From NCBI GenBank assembly GCA_964561085.1, contig CAZLNP010000001.1:147201-211200 (forward strand): a stretch of DNA of 64,000 bases, in the 5' to 3' direction. This DNA comes from an uncultured Candidatus Saccharibacteria bacterium (GTDB taxonomy: Bacteria > Patescibacteriota > Doudnabacteria > UBA920). Made by a program: the position numbers and the translations under genes. Shown in pieces: positions 38,363 through 49,026 of this stretch. Below the pieces are notes generated by a model. The model was given only the letters and a program-made list of their open reading frames with translations, did no database searches and was not told the origin of the DNA. Position 1 is the stretch's first letter. Each line of letters opens with the position of its first letter.

Positions 38363-40006
38363 CTACCCCACCACCCTAAACACTTCTTCTACATCTGTAA
38401 TCTTATTCAAGGCCTTAATCAAACCATCTTGGGCCATGCTAATTGTGCCGTTAGCGTGAGCAAGTTTTTTGATATCAATAACGGAAGACTCTTTCAAGAT
38501 CAGCTCTCGCATCTCATCATTTACTTCTACTACCTCGTAAACGCCCATGCGTCCTTTATATCCCATTCCCCCACATTCGGAACACCCATCAGAATGATAG
38601 AACACTAACTTCCCGTCTGCACTTCTTGGAATTTCTACTCCTGCGCTTTCAGGGATATCGGCAATTAACTTTTCAACTTTTTCTTGTAGTTTAGTTGGTA
38701 GCTCTGCTGGCTTCATACAAGATTGGCAAATTCGACGAACGAGTCGTTGCGCTAAGATTGCATTCAATGCTGGAGCAATAGTGAACGCCTTCACGCCCAT
38801 TGTTATTAATCGAGGAACGGCGCCGGCAGCATCATTTGTGTGGAGTGTAGACAAAACTATGTGTCCAGTAAGTGCAGCTTGCAATGCAGTCTCTGCAGTT
38901 TCCGGATCACGAATTTCTCCAACCATTACGATGTCAGGATCTTGACGAAGAACTGCTCTCAAACCTTTTGCAAAATTAAAATCAACGCGGTGATCAATTG
39001 GTGTTTGCTGAATGCCTTCAACTTTATATTCAACTGGATCTTCTAAGGTAATAATTTTCACACCAGGTTCATTTAGTTCACGTAAAAACGCGTACAAGGT
39101 TGTTGTCTTACCAGAACCTGTTGGACCAGTAGTTAGAATCATGCCGTTAGGTTTATCAAGTTGTTCTTTCACAACTTCACCAGCGCGTCCTTGAATTCCC
39201 AAATCTGCAACTCTTACATCTACTGCACCAATACCTAACAAACGCATTACGATAGCTTCACCGTAACTTGATGGCAAAATAGAAACACGTACATCTAATG
39301 GTTCATTATTGTACATCACAGTGAAGCGGCCATCTTGAGAAACATTATTAACATTTAGTTTTAACTTAGCTAACAACTTGATGCGTGAGATTACACTGTT
39401 GTGAGAAGTCTTTGGCATTTGAGCTGCATCATGCAAAACACCATCTATACGAAGCCTCACTTTTACCATATGTTCTTCTGGTTCTAAGTGGATGTCGGAA
39501 GATCCTTGTCTTACCGCAGCACCAAACATAGCGGTTAGTAGATCGCTAGCGTTTGTAGTTTCGTTCTGCATAAGCGCCTGCAGCTCATCTTGAGAGCCAG
39601 CATCGCCAAACTTAATAGAGTCCTGAAAAGTCGTAAGAGGTCTTACAACCTTACTATAGAACTTCATTGTTGCTTCGTAACTGGATGCAGAAATATAGTA
39701 CAACTCTACTTTGTGATCTTTCGATAGATCAGCGACTTTAGCTTTTAATGCTGGATTTTCTGGCTCATTTGTCCCTAGACGTAGATCGCGATGGTCTTTG
39801 TAAAAAGGAACAGCTTTAATATCGCGAGCTTCCTGTTCGGTAATAATAGATAGCGCCGTAAGATCTAATGGAAAATTTTGTAAATTTATATACTGCATAC
39901 CTAAAGAATTAGCGCGTCCTTGGGACTCGCGTTCTTCTATGTTGCGCTTCTCATCTTCTAGTGCGCGTGTTAGATCTTTAGGATTGCTTGATAAAAAATT
40001 ACTCAT
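38363..40006 (-). CDS. Type IV pilus / type II secretion assembly ATPase (PilB/GspE family)
   Basis: SDIHLEP, GPTGSGKTTTLY, TLEDPVEY, LRQDPD..MVGEIRD, STLHTND, CxxC..CxxC. Confidence 0.95.
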   Translation of the reverse strand: MSNFLSSNPKDLTRALEDEKRNIEERESQGRANSLGMQYINLQNFPLDLTALSIITEQEARDIKAVPFYKDHRDLRLGTNEPENPALKAKVADLSKDHKVELYYISASSYEATMKFYSKVVRPLTTFQDSIKFGDAGSQDELQALMQNETTNASDLLTAMFGAAVRQGSSDIHLEPEEHMVKVRLRIDGVLHDAAQMPKTSHNSVISRIKLLAKLKLNVNNVSQDGRFTVMYNNEPLDVRVSILPSSYGEAIVMRLLGIGAVDVRVADLGIQGRAGEVVKEQLDKPNGMILTTGPTGSGKTTTLYAFLRELNEPGVKIITLEDPVEYKVEGIQQTPIDHRVDFNFAKGLRAVLRQDPDIVMVGEIRDPETAETALQAALTGHIVLSTLHTNDAAGAVPRLITMGVKAFTIAPALNAILAQRLVRRICQSCMKPAELPTKLQEKVEKLIADIPESAGVEIPRSADGKLVFYHSDGCSECGGMGYKGRMGVYEVVEVNDEMRELILKESSVIDIKKLAHANGTISMAQDGLIKALNKITDVEEVFRVVG

Positions 40007-40050
40007 TTTGTTTTATTTTGTTTCAAAAAAAAGAAGGCTCTAGGCCTTCA

Positions 40051-41220
40051 TTATACCACAGAATTGCGGTTCTCAATTAGTTTATTTAACTGTTGCTGGA
40101 CTAGCTCTAGGTCGTTGTTAATATGCAGGGAAACGTATTCGTATTTTCCTACTAATGGCAACGGCTTTGAAATAGTTTCTCCGGCAAATACAGAAGACAG
40201 CTTACTTAGATCTTCGAATGGCATCCCCGCTAAAATTAATTGCACTCCACCAGTTGGTAGCTCAGCTAGCAATACGACTAAAGAATAGCCGGTGATCATA
40301 TCTATAATGTCCCCAACAACAATTGGTAGGGATTCAACTGCCACGCCGGTTTTTTCTAAATCGGACTTAGTAACTACAGCTGTAAGGATTTGTTTCTCTG
40401 GCAAAGATACTAAGCGCGCCAATGCTCTCCCCCATAACTGCAGAAGTGGCAAAGGTTTTGTTTTAAATAAGTGTTGAATAATTTCTTGTTGTTTAGCACC
40501 AGCCGAAATCAAACGTGATGCTTTGAACATTGCTTGCGGTGTTGTCTTAGGATCACGGAAGCTAGAAGTCTGGCTAATGATTCCTGATAGCAAAGCAGTA
40601 CTTACGATTTCAGTGTTCAAAACTTCGGGAGTCATCTCTATAATATCCATCACCACTTCTGAAATGCTGCTGGCAGTTGTGTTAACAAGATTAATAGTCC
40701 CAAAGTATTCGTTAGAAGGATTTGTATCTATATTAATGTGTGGGGTTTCAAAAAATAGTTTTGTATTATCAGTGTACAATTTTCCAATCGCTTCAAAGTT
40801 TGCCGCACCTAGAATTATTAGTAGGTCAAAGTTTGCTGCACCGGGAAGAATAGTTACGTCTGTTTCCTTAAACTGGCCATTGTCTTTCGGGGTAATGAAA
40901 ACAGTTAGTCCATCATCAGTTTTTTCATAACGAAGCTCTCCAGGCTGAGCCGTCTTATTTGACACCTTAATTGCTAGTTGATTACTGCTATTTAAAGCAT
41001 CGTATATCTTTGGAGAGTTTTTCAGATAAGCAAGCTCTGCCGGCTCAATACCAAATATGGTAGCAGGTTTTTTCACAGCAATAGCCAAGGTCGTATATAG
41101 AGCAATTGCAGCCCCGACAGCGTCAATATTGGCCTGAATAGGCAAAACTATGGCTATTTGCTTAGCAGCGCCAATGGTCTTTATTATTGTTTCAATTTCT
41201 GGATTTTTTAGATCTGCCAT
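40051..41220 (-). CDS. DHH/NrnA-family-like protein with degenerate catalytic motifs
   Basis: DAVGAAIAL, INIDTNPSNEYFG.INLV, ALL.GI...T.SF; DHH motif replaced by DTN. Confidence 0.8.
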   Translation of the reverse strand: MADLKNPEIETIIKTIGAAKQIAIVLPIQANIDAVGAAIALYTTLAIAVKKPATIFGIEPAELAYLKNSPKIYDALNSSNQLAIKVSNKTAQPGELRYEKTDDGLTVFITPKDNGQFKETDVTILPGAANFDLLIILGAANFEAIGKLYTDNTKLFFETPHINIDTNPSNEYFGTINLVNTTASSISEVVMDIIEMTPEVLNTEIVSTALLSGIISQTSSFRDPKTTPQAMFKASRLISAGAKQQEIIQHLFKTKPLPLLQLWGRALARLVSLPEKQILTAVVTKSDLEKTGVAVESLPIVVGDIIDMITGYSLVVLLAELPTGGVQLILAGMPFEDLSKLSSVFAGETISKPLPLVGKYEYVSLHINNDLELVQQQLNKLIENRNSVV

Positions 41221-41310
41221 TTTTGGATTTATAAGGGTAATAGGTCATTACAGCTTATCACTATAACGAAGTTTACTAATACGGTCAATCGGGCTACAAT
41301 ATAGGTACAA

Positions 41311-41748
41311 ATGAAAGCCTTAACCCCTAAAACCAAGCCTAAACCGAAGATGGGAACAAAGCTCCTCCTTTCGGAAGTGGAATCTGCTGCGAAGAAATTT
41401 GCTAAGGGAATCAAGGGTGGAGAGATATTTGCTCTCATTGGGGAACTCGGCAGTGGCAAAACAACATTTACCAAAGCTTTAGGTAAAGAGCTAGGAATCA
41501 GACAAACGATCTCGAGCCCAACATTTGTGATGATGCAGCAATTCGAGATATCTAGCAGGAAACCAAAACTGTTTTTATATCACCTAGACCTTTACCGAAC
41601 CAAAAATTTTAAAGAAGTTAAATCTCTTGGAATTACTGAGTGGTGGGGTCACCCAGAAACTGTGACTGTAATTGAGTGGGCAGACAAAATCATGAAAGAC
41701 TTACCCTCTAACGCAACAATAATTTATTTAACCCGTGATAAAGAATAA
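41311..41748 (+). CDS. tsaE: t6A biosynthesis ATPase TsaE
   Basis: GELGSGKTT, SSPTF, HLDLYR, IEWAD. Confidence 0.96.
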   Translation: MKALTPKTKPKPKMGTKLLLSEVESAAKKFAKGIKGGEIFALIGELGSGKTTFTKALGKELGIRQTISSPTFVMMQQFEISSRKPKLFLYHLDLYRTKNFKEVKSLGITEWWGHPETVTVIEWADKIMKDLPSNATIIYLTRDKE

Positions 41749-43051
41749 TCAAACAATTGAATTAAATCGATGCTTCCCTGCTGCAACAGCAATGTTAGCA
41801 GTGGCTGTTTTTTCTTTTGTTTTAATTTCTGCTCCTCAAACAGTAGACGCTGCGGATTCTAAACTAACTCCATTTAGCCAACAACCTGTCCCAACATATA
41901 GTCCAGTACTTTCTACTAGCACGAGCACAGTTGCAAGTGTTCCTGCTAATTTAGTAAAAGAGTGGCGAGGACTGTACACCAAGCGTGCAGGTTCTTTGCT
42001 TACTAACTCAGAACCAAACTACGATGGAACCTTACAAGAATATATTGCTGAATGGCTAGAAGGTCGCGACCACAAAGCCACTACTCGAACATACAAATTC
42101 AATCCAAAGTTAGTTTATGAATGGACTGGCCAAATTGCTAGCAGTGTAAACGCTACTGCAAGCGAGCCATCAATAAAAGTTGAGAAGGGTCGTGTTACTG
42201 AATTCACTCCCCCGCAAACAGGCAAAGCCTTGGACAGATACGCAAGCACTTTGAAGATTATCAACGAACTTGGCAAAGGCAATACTGAAATCGAATTAGA
42301 AGTTAGCTCAACTCAACCAAAGCAATCTTTAGAAGAATTGGGTGGTCTCGGCTTAAAAGAATTAATTGGCCGTGGTGAATCTAAATTTAATGGCAGCCCT
42401 TCAAACCGACGATGGAACATCAAAGTTGGTGTAGAAAAAATGTCTGGAATCATTCTTAAGCCGAATGAAGAATTTAGCTTTAACACCTACTTAGGTGAAG
42501 TAGATGCTTCCACAGGATTCAAACCAGAACTAGTTATTAAGGCAGAAGGTACAATCCCAGAATTTGGTGGTGGTCTATGCCAAGTTTCATCTACTGCTTT
42601 CCGCGCTGCCATGCACGCTGGCTTACCTATTACTGCACGCCGCAATCACTCTTACGCGGTGCAATACTACGCCCCTCAAGGGACTGATGCCACAATTTAC
42701 CCAGGTGTTCAAGATTTAAAGTTTAAAAATGATACCGGCCACAACATTTTAATTTGGCCTTACTTGAAAGATGAAAATTATTTAATCTTTGACTTCTACG
42801 GTACATTCGATGGCCGCAAAATTGAGCTAGGTACTCCTTACGCTTACGACAAAAAAGGAGATGGTTCCATGAAAGCAACATGGAAGCGTACAGTTACTCG
42901 CGTTGGCGAAGAACCTAAAAATGATAACTTCTTCTCTTTGTACCAACCGCCGGCTAAGTTCCACAAACAAGAAGTTTTCCCTACGAAACCGGTAGCGGGA
43001 ACTAAACCAGAAGATATAAAGCCATTCGTCGGCACACCAACAGAAAACTAA
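41735..43051 (+). CDS. VanW-family protein with putative peptidoglycan-binding region
   Basis: [27 protein letters not shown]...[13 protein letters not shown]. Confidence 0.9.
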   Translation: MIKNNQTIELNRCFPAATAMLAVAVFSFVLISAPQTVDAADSKLTPFSQQPVPTYSPVLSTSTSTVASVPANLVKEWRGLYTKRAGSLLTNSEPNYDGTLQEYIAEWLEGRDHKATTRTYKFNPKLVYEWTGQIASSVNATASEPSIKVEKGRVTEFTPPQTGKALDRYASTLKIINELGKGNTEIELEVSSTQPKQSLEELGGLGLKELIGRGESKFNGSPSNRRWNIKVGVEKMSGIILKPNEEFSFNTYLGEVDASTGFKPELVIKAEGTIPEFGGGLCQVSSTAFRAAMHAGLPITARRNHSYAVQYYAPQGTDATIYPGVQDLKFKNDTGHNILIWPYLKDENYLIFDFYGTFDGRKIELGTPYAYDKKGDGSMKATWKRTVTRVGEEPKNDNFFSLYQPPAKFHKQEVFPTKPVAGTKPEDIKPFVGTPTEN

Positions 43052-43067
43052 AAACTACAAACACGGC

Positions 43068-44081
43068 ATGATTACTTCCAGCGATTCAGAAATTATTTTA
43101 GAAAACTCAGCAACACCTGAGGATCAAGGGCTGGAGCTAACTCTTCGTCCCCAAACCCTCCCAGACTTTATTGGCCAAGAAGCTCTAAAGTCTAATTTAA
43201 GTATTGTTATTCAAGCTGCAAAGATCCGCCGTGAATCTTTAGAGCATCTTTTACTTTACGGTCCTCCAGGTTTAGGCAAGACCACTCTAGCAAACATTGT
43301 GGCTCGCGAACTTGGCGCTGGTATTAAAACTACATCTGGCCCTGCCATTGAACGTCCTGGTGACGTTGCTTCTTTGCTTACCAATTTAAACGAAGGTGAT
43401 ATTCTTTTCATAGATGAAATTCACCGCTTAAACAAAGTTGCTGAAGAAGTTTTATATCCAGCTTTAGAAGACGGGTCTTTAGATATTATGGTTGGCAAAG
43501 GTCCTGGGGCTCGTAGCGTACGAATGGAGTTGCCATCTTTCACACTTATAGGTGCGACTACCAGAATTGGAATGATCTCTGCTCCATTACGCGATCGTTT
43601 TGGTATGATCTATCATTTAGATTATTACGATCATAAAGATCTACAAAGAATTATTGAACGAGCTGGAAATATTTTAAAAACGGATTTGAGTCCGCAAGCA
43701 GCCGAAGCAATTGCTAAGCGTAGTCGGTTTACTCCACGCATAGGCAACCGCTTACTTAAGCGTGTTCGTGACTTCGCACAGGTTTCTGGCCATGATACAA
43801 TTACCATAGAAGATGCAGAAAGTGCTTTGAAGATGCTAGAGATTGATGAATTCGGTCTAGACAAGCATGACCGGAAAATCCTCTCTACTATTATTGAGAC
43901 TTTCAAAGGTGGCCCAGTTGGATTGAACACCATCGCTGCCTCTACTGGTGAAGAAGAAGATACCATTGCCGATGTCCACGAGCCTTTCTTAATTCGCTCA
44001 GGATTTCTTACTAGAACTCCTAAGGGACGCCAGGCAACAGAATTAGCTTATGAGCATCTTGGTTATGCTCACAAAGATTGA
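43068..44081 (+). CDS. ruvB: Holliday junction DNA helicase RuvB
   Basis: [28 protein letters not shown]. Confidence 0.98.
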   Translation: MITSSDSEIILENSATPEDQGLELTLRPQTLPDFIGQEALKSNLSIVIQAAKIRRESLEHLLLYGPPGLGKTTLANIVARELGAGIKTTSGPAIERPGDVASLLTNLNEGDILFIDEIHRLNKVAEEVLYPALEDGSLDIMVGKGPGARSVRMELPSFTLIGATTRIGMISAPLRDRFGMIYHLDYYDHKDLQRIIERAGNILKTDLSPQAAEAIAKRSRFTPRIGNRLLKRVRDFAQVSGHDTITIEDAESALKMLEIDEFGLDKHDRKILSTIIETFKGGPVGLNTIAASTGEEEDTIADVHEPFLIRSGFLTRTPKGRQATELAYEHLGYAHKD

Positions 44082-44098
44082 TATAAATTTTTAAACAC

Positions 44099-44305
44099 AT
44101 GGGACAAGATCTAACTAGTCAGCTCAGTACAATAGCATTTTTTGTTATAGTAGGGTTCTTCGCGCTAATCTCCTTACTAGCAATGTTTATATTCATCCGA
44201 TACGGCCGCAAACCAACTTTCACAATTGCTGTAAGTTTGGTGTTTGGGGCCATTTTCTTTTTAGGCACAATTACTGCTTTAGTAACTTTGCAGAAACTAT
44301 TTTAA
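44099..44305 (+). CDS. Small 2-TM membrane protein
   Basis: Two hydrophobic helices; tightly packed in the operon. Confidence 0.7.
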   Translation: MGQDLTSQLSTIAFFVIVGFFALISLLAMFIFIRYGRKPTFTIAVSLVFGAIFFLGTITALVTLQKLF

Positions 44306-44307
44306 TT

Positions 44308-44865
44308 ATGCATAACCAACCCATCACTTACGAAAAGCTTTTCCCTAGCCAACAGCCAAATGAAAAAATTGTTTTGGTTGTTAGAGAACATTGGTTTAGG
44401 TTGTTCTCCAAGGTGGTGCTCGTAGGAATCTTTTCTTTAGTTCCATATCTTGTGAAGTTGTTGATATTTGAAACTGACCTGCTACAAATCACTTCAACAG
44501 TTGATGGGATTATCACAGCGTTCGGCTACGTTTACTATCTCGGTCTACTTGTGGCGTTGTTCATTATTTTTGTTTTATACTATTTGAATTTACACATTGT
44601 TAGCGAAGAACGTATTGTCGACATAGACCAAGTAGGGCTTCTGTTCCATGAAGTTTCCGAGCTAAACATAGAAACAATAGAAGATGTGACCAGCCAAACA
44701 AAAGGTCTAATTGGAAACGTTCTAGACTACGGCACTGTATTTATTCAAACCGCAGGAGCAACAGAACGTTTTGAATTTGAAAACGTGTCGAACCCTGCAA
44801 AGATAGCAAGTGTTATTCTAGAACTGTATGAACAACACGGCCAGAAAGCTAAGCCAAAAGCTTAA
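44308..44865 (+). CDS. Membrane protein with bacterial PH domain
   Basis: E.I.L..R.HW, two TM, RIVDIDQ.GL...IEDV.....G......YGTV.IQTAG. Confidence 0.85.
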   Translation: MHNQPITYEKLFPSQQPNEKIVLVVREHWFRLFSKVVLVGIFSLVPYLVKLLIFETDLLQITSTVDGIITAFGYVYYLGLLVALFIIFVLYYLNLHIVSEERIVDIDQVGLLFHEVSELNIETIEDVTSQTKGLIGNVLDYGTVFIQTAGATERFEFENVSNPAKIASVILELYEQHGQKAKPKA

Positions 44866-44908
44866 ACTTAACTGGTTCGGATCACCCTTAATCTTTTAAC
44901 TCCACTTT

Positions 44909-45997
44909 ATGAATATTTTAATTTTTGCAGGCGGGTCTGGCACCCGTCTTTGGCCAGCTAGTCGTAAATCTAAACCTAAGCAATTACTTAAGTTAATAGA
45001 CAACAAAACTCTATTGCAGAACACTTATGAACGCTGCTTGCAATGGACAGAAAAAAATCAGATTTACGTTGCCACATTGAGCGAATACAAAGATTTAATT
45101 CAGAAGCAGCTTCCTGGGATCCCTGCCTCTCATTATTCTCTTGAGCCAGCACTTCGTGACCGCGGCCCTGCAATTGCTTTGGCTGCATTGATTATGAACC
45201 ACCAAGACCCAAGCTCAATGTTCATGACCATGTGGAGCGACCATAACATTAACGAGAAGTCTGGGTATTTTAAAAAGTTATTAGCAAATGCTGAGAAATA
45301 CTTAAACGATAACCCTACGGCTACTTTAACAATTGGTGTTCCCCCAACTTTTGCTCACACTGGCTTTGGCTACATCAAAAAAGGTTCTAAGGTTTCTAAT
45401 AAATACGGACTTCCTTTATATAAAGTTGATTCGTTCACCGAGAAGCCTAACCAAGCTAAAGCTGAAAAATTCTTAGCTAGTAAAAAGTATCTTTGGAATA
45501 GTGGTTACTTCATATGGAAAACAGATACTCTCCTAAAGCTTTATGAGCAACATTTGCCAGAAGTCCATACAATCTTAATGAAGATAAAGCCTCACTTAGG
45601 AACCAAGAATCAACAAAAAGCAATTGATCAATGGTATCCAAAAATGCCGAAGGTCGAAGTAGAAGATGGGATCATCGAAAAAATCAAAAATAATCTACTT
45701 ACGATTGAAGCAAAATTTGATTGGATAGATGTTGGTAGCTGGAAAGTTATCAAAGATACTCAAACAAAGAAACGCGACGAAAATATTGTTCAGGGCTTAC
45801 ACTTAGACCACGATAGTAAGAACACTTTGGTCTATAACTACAATCCGAAACAATTAGTAACAACACTTAGCACTAAGGAGTTGGTAATAGTTGTGACTGA
45901 AGACGCTATCCTCATTGCCGACAAAGACTCAAGTACTGAACTCAAAAAGCTTACTGCAAAATTAAAAGAAGATCCGAAGTTGAAGAAGTACTTATAA
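44909..45997 (+). CDS. manC: Mannose-1-phosphate guanylyltransferase (no isomerase domain)
   Basis: AGGSGTRLWP.SR..PKQ, EP..R, SDH, FTEKP, WNSG, W.DVGSW. Confidence 0.9.
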   Translation: MNILIFAGGSGTRLWPASRKSKPKQLLKLIDNKTLLQNTYERCLQWTEKNQIYVATLSEYKDLIQKQLPGIPASHYSLEPALRDRGPAIALAALIMNHQDPSSMFMTMWSDHNINEKSGYFKKLLANAEKYLNDNPTATLTIGVPPTFAHTGFGYIKKGSKVSNKYGLPLYKVDSFTEKPNQAKAEKFLASKKYLWNSGYFIWKTDTLLKLYEQHLPEVHTILMKIKPHLGTKNQQKAIDQWYPKMPKVEVEDGIIEKIKNNLLTIEAKFDWIDVGSWKVIKDTQTKKRDENIVQGLHLDHDSKNTLVYNYNPKQLVTTLSTKELVIVVTEDAILIADKDSSTELKKLTAKLKEDPKLKKYL

Positions 45998-46008
45998 ATA
46001 AAAAGAGA

Positions 46009-46037
46009 CCGCGTTCAATTAAGAACGCGGCTTTTTT
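46009..46037. terminator. Terminator between convergent manC and methyltransferase genes
   Basis: CCGCGTTC...GAACGCGG followed by a T tract. Confidence 0.75.
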
Positions 46038-46043
46038 GCCAAA

Positions 46044-46958
46044 TTATTGAGGTTTATAACCCACAATAATTTCTTTGTTAGGAATAAGCTTAATGTCATC
46101 CTCAGTTTCTTCGTAATGCATTTGGTCTTTTACATGGCTTGGCACTGTTGCCATGTATTGCTTTGCGAAGTTAACTAATTCAGTACATCGCTGTTTCCCT
46201 ACAACTGCTAGAGATAATTCATCTTCAGCAGAAAGTATTCCCTTTTGCTCTTGTAATTCTAAGCGCACTCTCGACACTAACTCCGACTCACGGACACGCA
46301 TTGTTAAACGCGCATCGACTTCGTGGGCCACAGTTGTATTTTCAAACCCAGCTTGGTTAAGAGCCTCAAGTATTTCGTCTTGACGGGCGAAATAGCGATT
46401 AATAACAAGGCTGTCGAATCCTGCGATCTCATCTTTTTTACGAATGAGGTCTTGGAACACTTTTTGGACTTCTGCATCATGGAAAGACAAGTCCCATGTT
46501 ACGAATTTTCCTCCTGGTTTTAATATTCGTCTAACCTCACGCAGGATGTCGACTTGGTCCTGCTTCGGAACTTCGTGCAAACCCATTTTAATCACTACGG
46601 TATCGAACATACCATCGTCGTAGGGTGTGCGTCTCATATCTGCGGTAACCCTATGGTCTGCAGGAATTTGTGGGAAGTCGGCGTTGGCCCGAGCAATTTG
46701 CACAGGACTTTCGTCTAGCGCATAAATTTCAGGGACAAAGCCCTTAGCATTCGAGGTCTCCCAAATAGCTTGGGAAGGAGCCCCATAACCATCCATGCCA
46801 GAGAGAATCACTTCCCCTGGGCGAGGATCTATAATCTCAAGAAACTTAGTCCAGTCCTGTTTCTTGTGATTATGGATCACACCAAAATCCACAATGCGGT
46901 CGTTAAAGCTTATTTTACGACCAACCTGTAAACGCTCGATTGTATTTGTCTTATTCAT
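46044..46958 (-). CDS. Class I SAM-dependent methyltransferase
   Basis: ILSGMDGYG (variant motif I), ALDES, ADM...PY.D..FD.V....LH, RILKPGG. Confidence 0.88.
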   Translation of the reverse strand: MNKTNTIERLQVGRKISFNDRIVDFGVIHNHKKQDWTKFLEIIDPRPGEVILSGMDGYGAPSQAIWETSNAKGFVPEIYALDESPVQIARANADFPQIPADHRVTADMRRTPYDDGMFDTVVIKMGLHEVPKQDQVDILREVRRILKPGGKFVTWDLSFHDAEVQKVFQDLIRKKDEIAGFDSLVINRYFARQDEILEALNQAGFENTTVAHEVDARLTMRVRESELVSRVRLELQEQKGILSAEDELSLAVVGKQRCTELVNFAKQYMATVPSHVKDQMHYEETEDDIKLIPNKEIIVGYKPQ

Positions 46959-47052
46959 AGTGTTAATTATTAAGTTTACTGGCCATAATAATTAACTTTG
47001 CAAAAATCGTCTATATGTTTAGGCGTAATATTTTGTGTAACACCTTATTTAA

Positions 47053-47081
47053 TTGACTTTTATTACATATTTTGCTATAAT
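47053..47081 (+). promoter_or_regulatory. Promoter of the TrmB-family gene
   Basis: TTGACT-17-TATAAT with extended TG. Confidence 0.75.
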
Positions 47082-47114
47082 AATTAAGTTAGACGACTAA
47101 CTTTTTCGCCGTTT

Positions 47115-47882
47115 ATGGAAAATAGCTTAAATACATACTTAGAAGAATTAGGGCTTTCAGACAAAGAGGTATCTTTATACTTAGCGTCTTTGGAATTAGG
47201 CGAAAGCTATATTCTTCCTATAGCGCGCAAAACTGGTATCCCCCGTACATCAGCTGTTTACTTGTTAGAGAAGCTGAGAGATCGTGGATTGATTACCATT
47301 CTAAAAAAAGGTGCGCGTCATATTTATATACCAACTGCACCTTCTAAAATCTCTACATTATTAAAAAACAAGCGAGTTAAGCTAGATGAACAAATAAATA
47401 TTTTTGATTTGTCTCTTCCAGATTTAAATCGTCTCTATGGCAGCAAGCATTTTGCAACTCAAGTAAAGTTTTTTCGAGGCCGGGATGAAGTCCGTAAGAT
47501 GTATGATGAAATGCTCACATATCCTATAAAAGAAATTGTTTATACTGGCGAAGTAGATAAGATGGAAGCGGCCTTGGGTCAACAATGGTTGCGAGGATGG
47601 ATCAAGCGTCGCATCCAAACAAAGATTCAAACTAGAGGAGTTCGCGTAAGGCATTTAGAATTAGAAGATGATTTATACGGAAGCTCGCCCAGCCTAATGA
47701 GAAAAATAAGATTTGCCCCAGATGGATTTACCAGCCCCTCAAATATTCTTATATATGCAGACAATGTAACCATAATGTCTACGGATAAAGAGAGCTTAGG
47801 AGTAGTAATAACTTCTAGAGATTTTGCGAAAAGTATGAAGTCGTGGTTCAAACAAATTTGGGACAACTCTACAGAGAAATAA
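47115..47882 (+). CDS. TrmB-family transcriptional regulator
   Basis: LEELGLS.KE..LY.A.LELG...IA..TGI.R....L..L...GL wHTH; C-terminal IY.D.V...S effector domain. Confidence 0.92.
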   Translation: MENSLNTYLEELGLSDKEVSLYLASLELGESYILPIARKTGIPRTSAVYLLEKLRDRGLITILKKGARHIYIPTAPSKISTLLKNKRVKLDEQINIFDLSLPDLNRLYGSKHFATQVKFFRGRDEVRKMYDEMLTYPIKEIVYTGEVDKMEAALGQQWLRGWIKRRIQTKIQTRGVRVRHLELEDDLYGSSPSLMRKIRFAPDGFTSPSNILIYADNVTIMSTDKESLGVVITSRDFAKSMKSWFKQIWDNSTEK

Positions 47883-47910
47883 AAAACAGCACTCACAATG
47901 AGCGCTGTTT
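47881..47910. terminator. Bidirectional terminator (trmB / recF)
   Basis: AAAACAGCACTCA-caa-TGAGCGCTGTTTT. Confidence 0.7.
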
Positions 47911-47921
47911 TAAATATATAT

Positions 47922-49016
47922 TTATTTCTCTGCTTCTTGAGCACTTGGGCTCAAAGTCACATGTTGTCCTACCATCTCTAATGGATGAGTGGTTGTAATA
48001 AAGGTTTGGAATTTACCTTGTAAGTACTTCAACAAGAATGTGCGGCGAGTATCATCAAGTTCAGAGAGCACATCATCTAGGAGTAAAATTGGGGTGTCTT
48101 CACCTTTAGACAAGTATTCAAGTTCTAGAATCTTAAGAGCTAATACCTGGCTACGTTGTTCGCCTCGGGAAGAGAATGAGACTAGGTATAAACCTTCGCT
48201 CTTTAGGTCAAAATCGTCTCTGTGTGGCCCTATTAACGAAGTTCCGGCCTGAGACTCACGTTTAGCCAAACGTTCTAATGCAGAGGAGAATTCGGCCTGA
48301 ATTTCTTCTAGTGTGTCTCCTAGGATAGTTTCGTAAATAACTTCAATAGTTCTTTGGAATTGAGAAATTCCAGCATACACTTCAGAAATGTTTTGATTCA
48401 AAAAATTAATAAATGTTTTGCGTTCCAAAATAATTTGAGAGCCAATTTCTACCAACTGTTCGTTCCAAGATTGTAATGTACCGAAAGCATCTTGTCCGGC
48501 ACGGCCAGCGCGGATATCTTGTAGTAAGCGATTCTTCTGAGTTAGAACTTTTTTGTACCGTGTGATGTTATCTAGGTATTCAAAACTTTTTTGAGAAAGC
48601 ACCATGTTTAAATATTTACGACGTGCTTCTGGTTGTTGTGTGAACAAATCTACATCGGTAGGCTCAAAGATTACAACATTTAAATACCCTTGTGCTTCTT
48701 TGCGCTTTTTCTTAACACCATCAATTTTAAAGTTCGCAAAAATTCTATCACGCTTTTCTAAAAATACTTCAATCAAATGTTCTTGACCGTTTCGTTCTAA
48801 ATTAATTTTTACTTCAGCTTGATTAGTTCCTTGCAAGAACATAAACTCTGCGTCATCTCGAAAAGATTTAAACAGCGAACCGAAGTACACCGATTCTAGT
48901 AAGTTTGTTTTTCCAACCGCATTCGGGCCGGATAGAACAACCATATCACTAGTAATCGCCAAGTCTAACCCTGGGTAGTTTCGGAAGTTCTTAATTTGTA
49001 AGTTAGTTATTTTCAT
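47922..49016 (-). CDS. recF: DNA replication and repair protein RecF
   Basis: NFRNY, GPNAVGKTN, GPHRDD, SRGEQR, LLLDDVLSELD. Confidence 0.97.
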   Translation of the reverse strand: MKITNLQIKNFRNYPGLDLAITSDMVVLSGPNAVGKTNLLESVYFGSLFKSFRDDAEFMFLQGTNQAEVKINLERNGQEHLIEVFLEKRDRIFANFKIDGVKKKRKEAQGYLNVVIFEPTDVDLFTQQPEARRKYLNMVLSQKSFEYLDNITRYKKVLTQKNRLLQDIRAGRAGQDAFGTLQSWNEQLVEIGSQIILERKTFINFLNQNISEVYAGISQFQRTIEVIYETILGDTLEEIQAEFSSALERLAKRESQAGTSLIGPHRDDFDLKSEGLYLVSFSSRGEQRSQVLALKILELEYLSKGEDTPILLLDDVLSELDDTRRTFLLKYLQGKFQTFITTTHPLEMVGQHVTLSPSAQEAEK

Positions 49017-49026
49017 TTGAACCTAA

